Assembly (NCBI GenBank): GCA_013265495.1
Contig: MU058153.1
Coordinates: 1,366,001 to 1,430,000 of the forward strand
DNA length: 64,000 nt
Direction: 5' to 3'
DNA from: Vicugna vicugna
Lineage: Eukaryota
The notes under the pieces are model-generated. The model did no database searches. It was not told the origin of the DNA and saw only the letters and a list, made by a program, of their open reading frames with translations. This document shows positions 39,125 through 51,354 of this stretch, in pieces; position 1 is the first letter of the stretch, and each line of letters starts with the position of its first letter. The position numbers and the translations under genes are program-made.

Positions 39125-40117
39125 TTTTTCCAGCTTTATTAAATACAATTGACATATAACATTGTGTAAGTTTAAGGTGTACAAATGTGATGATTTGATA
39201 CATGTATATATTGTGAAATGATGACGAAAATAAGGTAAGTTAATACCTCCATCACTTCACATAATTCCAATTTTTATGTGCTGTGAGAACATTTAAGATC
39301 TATCCTCTTAGCAACTTTCAAGCATATAATATTGTTAACTGTAGTCACCATGCTGTACCTTAGATTCCTGAGACTTACTCATCTTATAAGTGAAAGTTTG
39401 TGTCCTTTGACCACCATCTCCCCATGTCGCCGCCAGATCCTGACAAAATCATCCTACTGTTTCTATGAGTTTGGCTTTTTTAGACTCCACATGTAAGTGA
39501 GACCATATAGTATTTGTCTTTCTCTCACTTATTTCACTTTGCATAATGCCTTCAAGGTCCATGTTGTCTCAAATTTGCTTCTTTCTCATGGCCCAATACC
39601 ATTCCATTACATACATATGTATGTATGTGTGTATACACACACACATGCACACACACATTTTCCTTATCCATTCATCTGTCAATGGACACATAGATTATTT
39701 CTACATTTTGGCTATTGTAAATAACCCTGCAATGAACATGGAGATGAAGGTATCTCTTCAAAATCCTAATTTCACTTCTTCCATATATATATATATATAT
39801 ACACCCAGAAATGGAATTGCTGGATCATATGGAAGTTCTATTTTTAACTTTTTGAGGAACCTTCATACTGTTTTCCATAGTAAATGAATCAATTTACCAC
39901 CAACAGTGCACAAGGGTTCCCTTTCCTTCACACCCTGGTCAGCATTTGCTGCTCTTGACCTTTCTGTGATAGCCATTCTAACAGGTGTGAGGTGGTAACC
40001 CGTGGTGGTTATGATTTGTATTTCCCTGATGGTCAGTGATGCTGAGCCTCTTTTCACATACCTGTTGGCCACCTGCATGTCTTCTTTAGAAAAATGTCTA
40101 TTCAGGTTCTCTGCCAT
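39125..40117 (-). mobile_element. L1MA-like 3' fragment
   Basis: ORF 39863-40126 (LNRHFSKEDMQVANR...YHLTPVRMA) is the L1 ORF2 C-terminus, followed by 3'UTR. Confidence 0.93.
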
Positions 40118-42874
40118 GTGACACAATTGTTATCCTAGTGAAAATATGAACTTCTATAAAAATTCACAAAATTGTAATAAAAATTCTTTTCAGGAAGATT
40201 GTTAACTAAAGGCTGCAGTAAAGTGTCAAACGCTCAATCCATTAACAGTCACCCAGCGTTCATTCTATTCAATAAGACTGCTAGTCCATACACACCTCAC
40301 ATTCTTCATCTGACACAGGAATACTTATTTTATATCTCATTTCCCTATAAAACTCACATAATTGTTGATGAGTTTAGAAGACCCCTTCCCATTTTGAAAT
40401 GGAAGTAATGTATCTTTATATATGTTTATCTTCGGTGTTTGCAGAATTATTTTATTCAAGCGATAAGTGTTTCCATTTTCCCTGTAAATACAATAAATTA
40501 TTTCTTTAAAATCTGCAGCATCTCCTAGACAGTCATTTACTCCCCTCAAGAATGCTGTGCCTGTTAGAAACCTGGACATTTAAAAAATGCAGCTTGTTTA
40601 ACATTATTTGAATCATACGCTATTAAATCCGCAGGAGGCCTGGAATCACAGATGTGTTAATGCACCTTCAATGGGAAGAGAATAGAATTTTGAAATCTAT
40701 GCACTTCATTTTCTGAAGACACATCGGTAACGTGGAGGGGGAAAGAAGGCTGTCATTTGTTGAATCTGCACTGCATGGCTACTGCTGAAATAAAGTGGCA
40801 TTCTTTGGGACTTGTTTAGTATCAAGTGCTGATTTAGCTAGATAAAATGCAGCTGTCTCCCCAAATTACACAACTCGATTCACACCATCTACTAATTCCT
40901 GGTGGAGTTTTAAAGATACCTTTACAGGCACTTTTCTTCTCAGCACAAAGAATCCTGATTCAGACAATACAAAAATGCCACCGTGTAGTTTCTGTGTGCA
41001 AATTCCATCTTTCTTAGAAATAGTTGATACAAGAGATTGTGTTCTATGAGGACTTGGGTCACCATTGAAAGGGATTTCTAAAATGTAGCTGGGTCTAAAT
41101 TGATGTAGAATTGTTTGCCAGATTGTTATACAAGTTGTTTCTTTCCGCTTTCTTCTGATTACTTTAAATCAGTCCTAGAATGTCCTGTAGCCTAGGGTGG
41201 TCTGAAAAAGGAAGTATTCTCCCTCAAGATGTTTCCCCTTCACTCATCCCCTTTTCCCCCAGATGTCCTTTGTGATTGATACTCTCCTAGAAAGAATATT
41301 TTAAGACTAATTTCAAAATCTGGACTCTCTTGATCTCTCCATGGCATCTAATAGTCTGATCATCCCTCCCATAACTGAGTATATTAATTTAGCTAAGCTT
41401 TAGTCTCGCTCATCTTTTGCCCACAAGTTAGTTAGTTAGTTTCTTAGAATGCACCACCTTCTCTCTCCTTTGGCTGCAAAATGAGCAATTCTGCACCCAT
41501 CAGCTGTTGACTAACATTCATGGAGCTTTGAACACATTTAGTTTTCTTTTTTAACTTCTTTTATATTTATTTTCCCATTATTAAAGTAATATAACAGTAG
41601 TTCAAAATTTTGAACCCAATTTCAAAAAAAAAAAAAAAAAAAGCCCAGTCTCACCAAAGAACACCACTATATTGTTAGCAAGGTGGTAAATCAACACCAT
41701 TCTTTTCTCCATGGCTGGAAACGTACTGTATATAAGTGTCTTCTGCCCCTTTTGGCTCCTATATGGCAAAAATTTTCTGTTACTGCATTATTTAAAATAG
41801 CCCCTTGTTTTAAGTAGAAATGGATCATGCTCCTTGTAAAAATAAACAGTACAGAAAAATACAAAGGAGAAATCACAAATCACCCCAAATTCCACGACCC
41901 ATAGATACCACTGTTACCATTTTGGGGAACAGCCTCCCAGCTTCTCTGTGTATTTACTTTTACTTAAATGGAATCGTGCCGCACATGCCATTCAGTTTCC
42001 CGCTTTTGTCACCCAAATGGGTGTCTTGAACACACTTAGTTTTCTTATACGTAAGTCCGCCAGGACTGCCCCCATGTACGGATGGTTCTTGACTCCTCCG
42101 CTGCCCCAGCTCTTTATACTTATTTCTGGCCAAACTGACCAGCTTTTACATCACCATTGCTTATGATGAGCGTACCTCCTCTCTACTCACTTTCCTCCCT
42201 CAACCAAGTAAACAGTTTATTCATCCATTCTATCAAAATATATTTAGAAGGGCCAGGCATTGTGCTAAGTAATCTGGGTACCAATCGGTGTTCAAAAACC
42301 CAGTTCTTCCGCAGACTGACTAGTTGTGTGTGTGTGTGTTCTTCCCCAGTTACCTGTAACGTTATTTGTGTTTTCCTCGTTTCTTTCTGGAAGCTTTTTG
42401 TAAGAACCGTGTATGAAATAGAATATGTTGAATCCTTTGTTCTATGTAAAGGGTGTTCCCAGTATTGTGGGGTTTTTGTTATTACACATATTTTCCCTTT
42501 ATTGTTTCCTCCTTTTCTCATCAGTTATTCTTTTTCAGAAGCTAACTGGTACTAGGGAGGGGATGGAATGGATCAGAAGAAAGACTAGTGCAAAGAGTCC
42601 ACAGCATAGCTTGAGAATGGTCTTCGTAAAGTAATACAGTGAGAGAATTGGGCAGACGTGTGGGCCATTCCTGCGTCAGCACCAGCAGATGTGCTCAGGC
42701 AAGTGGAGGCAGCGGAGGAGTTAGTGATAACTTCTAACTCCCGTAATACCTGACACAGAATGGGAGGTGAATATTCATCTGTTGAAATAAATAAGTGACT
42801 GAATGCATAGAATTTTCGTTCCTATAAACCTCAGGAAAGAAAGGAAATTTTTTATCTGTACAGGATAGAAGTTT

Positions 42875-43290
42875 GCGGTTGAGTGCAGCAATCACCCTAA
42901 TCCTGCGCTCCTTTTCGTCATGTTACTCCGCGGTGGCCTCCCGCTGTAGGTGGCATGATCTGCTTCATTCTTTGACAGCGGCTACAGCCAAGTGATTGGC
43001 TTTAGCCAAGACGGAGTCACACAGAAATTTGAACAAGTACTTTCTGCTTGCTCTCTTAGACTTGCGCTGTCACCTGAAGCTGATGGAGGGTAGAGACTTA
43101 CAAAGTTGAGTTGTCCCGGTGACCTCAGCTGAGACCATTCTAGATCGGCTGTTAGTGAAACCAGCCAAGCTCAAGAAGAGCCACTTAACCAGTCCTTGAC
43201 TGCTTGTAACTTGGTGAGAAATAATAAATAGTTAGTGTTTTCAGCTTCCAATTTTGGGATGGTTTATTATGCAGCAAAGCTAAGTGATAG
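42875..43290 (+). mobile_element. MLT1-family LTR
   Basis: GTGATTGGCTTTAGCCAA...GAGAAATAATAAAT...TTTTGGGATGGTTTATTATGCAGCAAAGCTAA. Confidence 0.75.
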
Positions 43291-43609
43291 AGAAGTTCCA
43301 ATTCTCTGATTAAATTATTTTATTTGGTTTTTCTATTTATTAATTAGTATTCTATGTGATAAAAGGAATTATCTAATTACTGAAGTATATTTACTGAAGT
43401 ACAAAGTGTCTCATATTTCTAAGATTTTATGAACCACAGTAAGAGACAAAAAAATGTAGGTTCCTCCATTTCCTAATGTCTTAATTATAGACATTCATTT
43501 ATTCAACTATATCCACAGTACTAGAAATACAAAAAATATGCTCTTAGGAAATCAGTCATAATTTAGAGGAAAAATGATTTGCATCCAATGCAATAAGTAA
43601 TAGGAAGTA

Positions 43610-43842
43610 TTTATTACAGCCGTGATCTCTGAAGCAAAATAACCTGAGTTTAAAATCTTGCCTCTGTCACTTCCTAGCTGGGTGCCCTTGCTTAACCTCA
43701 GTTCCATTTTCATTATCTATAAAATGGGATGATAATTGTACCTATTTCCTAAAATTTTGGGGAGGAATTGCCTGCATTGACATCTACAGCATACTTAGAA
43801 CGCTACTTGGCACTCGTAAGCTATCACTAAGTGCTAGTTAGT
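43610..43842 (+). mobile_element. MIR
   Basis: CCTGAGTTTAAAATCTTGCCTCTGTCACTTCCTAGCTG...CTATAAAATGGGATGATAAT. Confidence 0.8.
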
Positions 43843-45175
43843 ATTTAAAATTTTTAGAAGCATGAGGACATAGAAAAGTAAGACGATATAGGATGGAAGT
43901 AGGGGAAGGTAGTAGAAGAGATACTTTAAAAACAACATAAATTTGCAAATCTACTGGGACTTGAGTATCTTCATCTATATTTCAACGAACAAACCATAGA
44001 TGACTATTAGGATATCTTCTGATTCTGAGATACAACATTCTTGGAATATTGCCTAACATGACATGTAGGGAGTTCCCACTGAATATGGCATTTGATTATT
44101 AAAGTAGTTTAAGTAGTTTTCAAAGAAAGTTGGTCTAATGAAGGTAATCTACATGCTTTTCATTACGTGTGACTGTAGAGGCAAGCTTGATACAATTATC
44201 CCACAGGACATTCTGGTCCCTTTTAATAGTATTGGAAGCAAAAGGGGACTATCTCTTCCCAGAAGCTGTAACATAAAGACTCAAATCTTAAGTATGTGTT
44301 GTGCTTGAATAGAGCAGCCTACAGCCTGTTAAATCAAATTAATTAACGCAGTAGATACATCCACAGCTTCTCTGTGTTTAAAGCAAAGTTACTGAGTTCA
44401 TTCTGTTTGCTAGTCTGTATTTCTGAGTACAGGATGCTGTCCTCTGCTGTTTGCTAAAGATTACACCAGGTAGAGCCATCAGCACACAGTGAAACAACAT
44501 GATTTTTTTTCCCCACCCAGATGCCTGCAAATCAGGAATGGAGATGAACAAGAATTCTCTCTGTCTATAGGACAAACTGCCATGTGAGCTCTGCACCCCT
44601 CTCCTCCCAAGTCATCTCATTTTAATGGCGTCTCTCCTGTCCACACTTCTGGTAACTAAATGGGCTAACTGGAAATGTGACAACCTGACCAATCCATTAC
44701 TCTTTGAGCAATTATTTCTTCTAAAAGCGCTTTTATAAAGAATTTTACTTGAACACATACGCTGTCATTGTTGACAGTACGTGGCAGCTCCTACTGAATA
44801 AATATCTATATTTATGTCATTATTCAACTATTTAGTTCGCATGCACATTTGTGTGGCAGTTAGCTTGTTGACTGCTTCTTTCAGTTCTCTTTGAGTAAGG
44901 TCATTCAGTGACACATGTGGCAATTCCACTTCCCCCACAGGGTTACAAATTCACCCCTGGGATTCAGTGCTGATAATGACAGCCTGCATGCTTATGACTG
45001 TCTCAGATGCTTCCCAAACCTAGAAACTGTAGCAAAAGCAGAAGAATTGAAATTGAGTGGATCTGGGTTCAAGACTTGTCTGTGTCATTTACTAAGTATG
45101 TGGCTTTAGTGTCACCTTCACCATCTTTAAAAGCTTTTAGAGTTTTAAATTAGATGATGTATATGAGAAGTCAGC

Positions 45176-45176
<1 letters not shown>

Positions 45177-45213
<37 letters not shown>
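45177..45213. repeat. Poly-A (37)
   Basis: Read directly. Confidence 0.95.
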
Positions 45214-45214
<1 letters not shown>

Positions 45215-46969
45215 ATGCCATATGGATGCCCAATAATCACTGACTGAGTCTGAATCAAAAAAATGAAAGTCCAGTGACCAATGCAAGGTCATATAGCATG
45301 AATGGGTAACTGATGTGGGAAATGCAGTTGTAGCTGCTGAGTGGCGAGGTACCCAGGAATGGGAAGACTCTCCTTTTTCTTTCTGGTTAAATAGCACTGA
45401 TCCTTCACTGCTGCTTTGTTTGATAGATTAATTCATTCTGAAAGGCTTTAAAGATGTTGGGTAGGTAACTAATAATCAGCTTTGAAAAACAAATCATTGG
45501 CCTTTCCCTTGCGTCAAAGTCCGTAAAAAGAAAATTTTCATTTCAAATGACTTATAGCTTACTTCAGAACCAGAAGGTGGACTCCTTTGAAGCTATCTAG
45601 AGCAGCTAGTGAGAGCAGTCTTTCATGGTTTATTAGTTGATAAACTGTAATTGGCATTTAAGGGTAAAGGCTTCAAAAGACAAATTAGACTTATAGTCAA
45701 CTGCCCACTAGTGTTTTGAATTAATCAATACAGCATTCACATAAAACTAGGAGCAATGCCATTACCCCTGAACAAATTCACATTCTGATGCAAAAAAACA
45801 GAGAAATTATAATAAATCACAATCCATGTGTAAAGAAAGGCCTTTCCTTTTGCAGGTGCTGACATCTGAAATACAGATTAGAGTATGAGCTTAGTACCCA
45901 TGAAACATATAGATGTAATTCTTTTTATTTTTTAAACTCTAAGTGAGAAAAATATCCATGTACTATAATGGGAACAGGAAAAATAAAATAAAAGAACGTT
46001 TAGTGTGAACTTGGATATACCTCTAATGTTCCGTTAGGAAAATTTTTCTCCCTTTTGTTGAAAGTCACTTCATTATGGTTTGTAATGTAAACACTCAGAT
46101 CTTAAGTATATAATATGCTTTAACAGAGTAGCCTATAGCCTGTTCGAAATTGTTTTCAAACCAAGTACATACTCTGACGTCTCAAAAGTAAACCGGCACA
46201 AAGATCATTGATTCGGCAACTTGAAACAGAAATATTTATTTGCCTTCTTCCCCCAACCTATATAGTGTTTTATTTGAATTATCATTCCTAATTTTATCCA
46301 TTTCATATCTCAAGGTCACATACCTGAATGGTATAAAATGAGAGACTATAGGTTACAGAAGAGGCTGCATGCCAGCTGGGCAGTGCAGAAAGAAGCTAAC
46401 ATAGAAATATTATTAATAATATCATTATGTGGACCTCTTCATCTTTCTAAGACTCAGTGAAGCTGAAATGTGCCACCCGCCCCACCCACCCCCAATATGA
46501 ATTGATGGAAAAGTCCACAACCGGGAGCGAGGAATGCTGAAATTGAGTTGTCAAACTGTCCTGGATGTCTTGTACAAACTGAACAGGCCAATTTACTGCA
46601 ACACTGCATAGGCTGAAGGCTCCTATCTTGCCTTCGCAGGGTTTCTTCCTGGTGAGATTACCCTGCTGGACCACAGGCTCCCACCCTGGCAGATTCCTTC
46701 TGACTAGTCCATCCTAGGTAATGGTACTGTGTTAACCCTTACCTTGTGCTCAGCCCGCTTGCCTAGGGAGGGAAGAGGCTCACGTCCAGCTATCTGAAAG
46801 CAACAGCTTTGGGGGTTTGTTGTTTTTGAATCCTAGTGGTGACTTGATATCTATGTCTTCCCCCTCTGTAGCTCCAACTCCCGGCTTTCAGGATGAAAAC
46901 AGGCAGGATTTTAGAAAAAAATTGACAACTTCTCCCACACAGCGCCTGAGTTTCTCTGCCTATGACTAA

Positions 46970-48330
46970 CCTCCGAGCGTGGCGGTTGCTTTGCACGGCA
47001 GCTGTTCTGCCTCTGCCCTCCAGGTGGCAGCGGTGCCACGCTGCAGAGGCTCCAATCCCGGCTTCCCCGACTTCAAGTGTTAATGCAATTGACCAATCAG
47101 TGCTCAGATGATGGGAGGTAATTGGGTAATTGTATTTTACTGATCACAAGCAGGGAAAGGGAAAGGGAAAGGGGGAAGAAAGAGGGGCAGAGGAGGGAAG
47201 GGGGACCGCCGTCTGAGAGGAGATTTGGGGAGCTGGGACCCAAACCGTTGGGACGTGGCATTGGCCGAGAGAAAGGGGCTGCCGCCGGCACTGGGAGCGC
47301 ATTCATCATTTGGGGCGGGGGAAGTGGGGGAGAGAGGAGCGGGCTGGGGAGGAAGAGAGTCCCAGCCGAAGTGGATGGAAGGGGACCGGGGTTTCTGCCG
47401 CGCTGGGAGCCGCGAGCCGGGTCGATGGCGCTAAGGACGGCGCGGAGCAGCTGCGCTCCGGGGAACGCGTCTCCTCGAGGAGGACTAGCCGGCGTCGGGA
47501 AGGTCTGCGCGAAGAGGAACCAACTTGTGGCTCCAAAATGTACCCCACGCAGCTGGAAATGAGATCAAAGCTGCCGTTTCATTCGAGAAGGATGAGAGGA
47601 GTCAGCGACTAGGGTTTTTTTTTTTTTTAACCTCCTTCGTTCCATTTTCTATTTTCTATCTTCTTTCCTTATTATTATTATTTTCATTTGCCTAACATCC
47701 CGTCGAGCCCCTGATTTCGCCCTCCCCATTTGAAATAAAAGCCCAGTTTGAACTCCCTTCGTCGCGGCGCCCCCGGATCCGCCGCCCGCTGATGGAGGAG
47801 AAGGGGACCCGGGGGCTGGCAGGGGCCACCGGCGAAGGACCGCGTCACGCGTCTCCCCCGTGATCCCGGCCCGGATCGCGGAGTTCTGCAACACCTGGAG
47901 GAGCTGAACCGGGTGCCGGGGTGGGGGCGGGGACAGAGGAAGGGAAAGCCACCCCGAGCCTTAAAAAAAAAAAAAAGTAGAGGGGAATTGAAGAGGAGGT
48001 GGAGAGAAGAAGGAGACAGGATATAACAGAGAGTTTGGAGGGAGAGGGGAAGGTGGCTGGCCGGGTGGCTGAAATCAAAAATCCAATTGCGCACTGGGTT
48101 GTGATGAGAAATCTAATCAGATCTTTGGAGACGGGGCCGGCCGGAAGGGTGGCGAGTGGGGGGAGTTGATCCCCAAATTCTTCGAGGGGCGGGGGTGCTG
48201 GGAAGAGGCATCGGCGATGTAAAAGGAGACTTTTTTTTTTTTTTTTTTTTTGGGGGGGGGGGGGAGGTGCGTTGCAAAAATGAAGGATGCGGGACGCAGC
48301 TCTCTCTTGGAACCGAACGCAGTGGATAAA
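46970..48330 (+). promoter_or_regulatory. LRRC4C: CpG island / internal promoter
   Basis: Abrupt rise in GC and CpG density. CCAAT at 47093, GC boxes (GGGGCGGGG) near 47311, 47924 and 48186. Free of repeats and directly upstream of the 5'UTR exon. Confidence 0.85.
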
Positions 48331-48423
48331 CTGATTGTGCAAGAGAGAAGGAAGAACGAAGCTGTTTCTTGTGAGACCTGGATCTTAGCACAAATGAGTA
48401 TGTGTGCACACAGGGAGCGTTGA
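48280..48423 (+). CDS. Upstream ORF, 47 aa (MKDAGRSSLLEPNAVDKLIVQERRKNEAVSCETWILAQMSMCAHRER)
   Basis: Read by hand: ATG 48280 with A at -3, TGA 48421-48423, inside the 5'UTR exon. Translation is not demonstrated. Confidence 0.35.
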   Translation: MKDAGRSSLLEPNAVDKLIVQERRKNEAVSCETWILAQMSMCAHRER

Positions 48424-48908
48424 GAAATGAAATAAACCAGTGCCAGACCCGCGGGGGTCGGTGTGTTCTGACATAAATAAATAATAATAAAACAGCTGCC
48501 CCCTCCCCCTTGCCCAAAAGGATGATTGGAAATGGAGAACCGAGGATCCACAAAGGAAAAGTCTGTTCATTTTTTTCTATAAAGGAGAAAGTCAGCCAAG
48601 GAGATATTTTTGGAATGAAAAGTTTGGGGCTTTTTTAAGGAAAGGAAAGACCTGATACGGTGGTGTTTTCTTTTCTTTTTGAATTTCCCACAAGAGGAGA
48701 GAGAATTAATAATACATCTGCAAAGAAATTTCGGCAAAGAAAAGTTGACCGCGGCAGAATGAGGCATTGATTGGGGGAGAGAAACCAGCAGAGCACAGTT
48801 GGATTTGTGCCGATGTTGACTAAAATTGACGGATAATTGCAGTTGGATTTTTCTTCATCAACCTCCTTTCCCCTCCTTTTTTTTTTTTTTCTTTTTGGTG
48901 TCAAGATC

Positions 48909-48962
48909 ATGCATTTTCGCTTGTTCTGTACCACCTGGATTTCCATCTGGATGTTGCTGTGA
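48909..48962 (+). CDS. Upstream ORF, 17 aa (MHFRLFCTTWISIWMLL)
   Basis: ATG 48909 with A at -3, TGA 48960-48962, 15 nt before the splice donor. Translation is not demonstrated. Confidence 0.3.
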   Translation: MHFRLFCTTWISIWMLL

Positions 48963-51146
48963 TCAGTCTGAAATACAGTGAGTGATCCTTATTTTCTTAT
49001 TTATTGGCGAAGAAAAATGTCCATTAATTTAGCATTCCTGGTCCCTTTACCCCTTCAGCCCTTTAGTGTGGCCTTGAGAGACCTGGCCGTTGGGGGCCAG
49101 AAAATAGGGAGAAGGTGGCCCACGCGTTTGCTCCATCAGACTGCTCCCTGATAAGCTGGTTTGCTATAATGATGTAGGTTGTCTGCATCCTGGGGAAATG
49201 CCTTTGCAAATGTTCATCAGGAAAAAAAAAAATCATCTCCCTAAGAAAGCGCTGCAGTGTGGGGTGCCTGTGCTGTGTGACTGACACTCTAGAATGCCTT
49301 CAAGTTGCATGGCAGCCCCGAATTAGATTCACAAGTGTTTAGCCATTGGAAATCGAAGGGACCCAATTTCAATTTCATTATCCAACCTGACATTGCAGAT
49401 CAACAGAAAGTATTAACACAAAAATATGATAATAAGCCAGGCAGATGAAGGATGGCTTCTGGCTAGTGGGTGGGTTGAGGGAGGGAGAGTGGGATGGGGG
49501 AGGAAGTGGCGGAGAGAGGTGGCTGCACTCTCCCCAGTCCCTCTTGCTTACTCCGGGGCTGGAACTCCGTCTTCCCATCACTTAGATTCACATCAGGGCT
49601 AACGAGGAGGAGGAGGACCCACCTCTCCTCAACCCCACCCACTTCTAACCACTTCTGTGGGTAACAGAGAGGCTGTGCATGGATTGTATAGTTGGCTTGG
49701 GCTGTTAGCCGGCTTCAGTTTTGCCAAAAACCATCCCAACATGACCAGTTCAGGGCTCTTTAAAAAAAAAAAAGGCAGAAATCTAGTGTCCTGTGGTAAC
49801 TTAGATAAAGGTCTGCGCGTTGAGCACCAGTGTTTCTCCTGTGCCAGCCTTGCTTGGGGGAAAGTGGCCAATAAAGAAAAAAATTTTAAAAAAGGTTGAA
49901 AATGTTTAGAGGGCCGTGGGGCCTCTGAAATCACCCCTCTTTCCATCTCTTTCTTCCCCTATAGCTGCTAGGGTCATGGAGCTGGCTTTTCTTTATTTTT
50001 ATTTTTTAGCAGAACTTTCCATCTTCAGGCATCTGTATTCCTCTCCAGGGCCTTCTATCAGACTTATAGACTCATATAACTTTAGAGCCAGAAGACTCCC
50101 CAGAGATCTCATGCCAATAAAAAAAGGAAACTGAGGCCTGGAGAAGCCATAATTCTTTGGTTAATGGCCAAATCACACAAGACAGGGGACTCACACAGGC
50201 CTCCAAAGAGCAGACAGAAGTCAGTTTGGGATCTAAACTGGACAGGAACCAGCCATTCATGGAATGACTCCTCTCCCCACAGCTGCCATGTTTATCTATA
50301 AGGGTCAAGGAAGTTACTTATCCTGAGAACTTGATATAAACTCTTGACACTTTGGACCTCAAGGATAACCCATCTCCAAATGCGTCTCTTTTTTTAGTCT
50401 TTTTTTCTTTTTTCTTTAATAGAAGAACTCAGATAACCCAAACTTCAATACTATTTAAAAAAAAAAAAGGAAAAGATTCACAACTCTGGCATATCCCAAA
50501 GGAGATGAAAGGCAGCGATCTCGTGGGTCTCTTCGTGCTGTTGGGCACATTTAATGCCGTGAGTGGTGGTCCCTAGAGGGTCGTTAAAGAATGATGGAGT
50601 TAGATTTACATGAGAGAATGATAACAGAAACCAGAAACACCCAGCTAAAAAGCATCTGAGTCTGTTGTTTCACTCACATCATCTCTGCTTATCCATTTCA
50701 TTACCCCTTAACTAAAGTAGCCTACAGCTGAGCACTTCTCTAATTTATTTTTCTGGGCACATGTTTCCTGTCGGGACCCACAGATCAGGCAATAAATTGA
50801 CTGACCTATGAAAATAATCATGCCAGGTTTGCTCTTGTTTTTTTTGTTTGTTTGTTTGTTTTTAATCCCCCAAGCTCCCTGTAGGCTTCTGCATATCTGC
50901 TAATTCCTTGCAGATTCTGAACTTGTTTATTGTGTTTTTACTTGACCACAGTTGAGTCATCACTTGTGGTCATAGATTGACTCAAGTTATATTAAGTTCC
51001 TGCTCAGCTGCAACTTAACACAACCGATAAAAGAGAGAAAAGAAAAAAAAATGTACTTTGAGGGTTCTGACTGCATAGTTCAGCTCTGGGCTTCACGTGG
51101 GAAACCCAGCCTTGCAATCAGCTTGGCTCTTCCAATCAAGGAAGGG

Positions 51147-51183
51147 CTTCTTTTTCTTTCTTTCTTTCTTTCTTCCTTTCTTC

Positions 51184-51260
<77 letters not shown>

Positions 51261-51354
51261 TTTCTTCCTTTCTTCCTTTCTTCCTTCCTTCCTTCCTTCC
51301 TTCCTTTCTTCCTTCCTTCCTTCCTTCCTTCCTTTCTTTCTTTCTTTTCTTTCT
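51147..51354. repeat. Compound (CTTT)n/(CTTC)n microsatellite
   Basis: About 200 bp of pure pyrimidine tetranucleotide repeats. Confidence 0.97.

Larger units (their letters stand above)
48200..48977 (+). other. LRRC4C: 5'UTR (alternative first) exon of LRRC4C; start approximate
   Basis: The stretch ATGTAAAAGGAGAC...TTGCAAAAATGAAGGATGC...GGATAAACTGATTGTGCAAGAGAGAAGGAAGAACGAAGC...ACCACCTGGATTTCCATCTGGATGTTGCTGTGATCAGTCTGAAATACA matches my recollection of the human LRRC4C cDNA leader. It ends at a canonical donor ACA|GTGAGT (GT 48978-48979) and follows a CpG island. Confidence 0.85.

Noticed and set aside
45177..45213. Poly-A as the tail of a processed pseudogene
   Set aside because: No upstream ORF, poly(A) signal or TSD seen; the upstream sequence looks like a MIR fragment.
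47097..48946. Many overlapping 66-165 aa ORFs on both strands over the CpG island and leader
   Set aside because: Expected from high GC and homopolymer runs (poly-K/P/F translations). No recognisable domain, and several use non-ATG starts.
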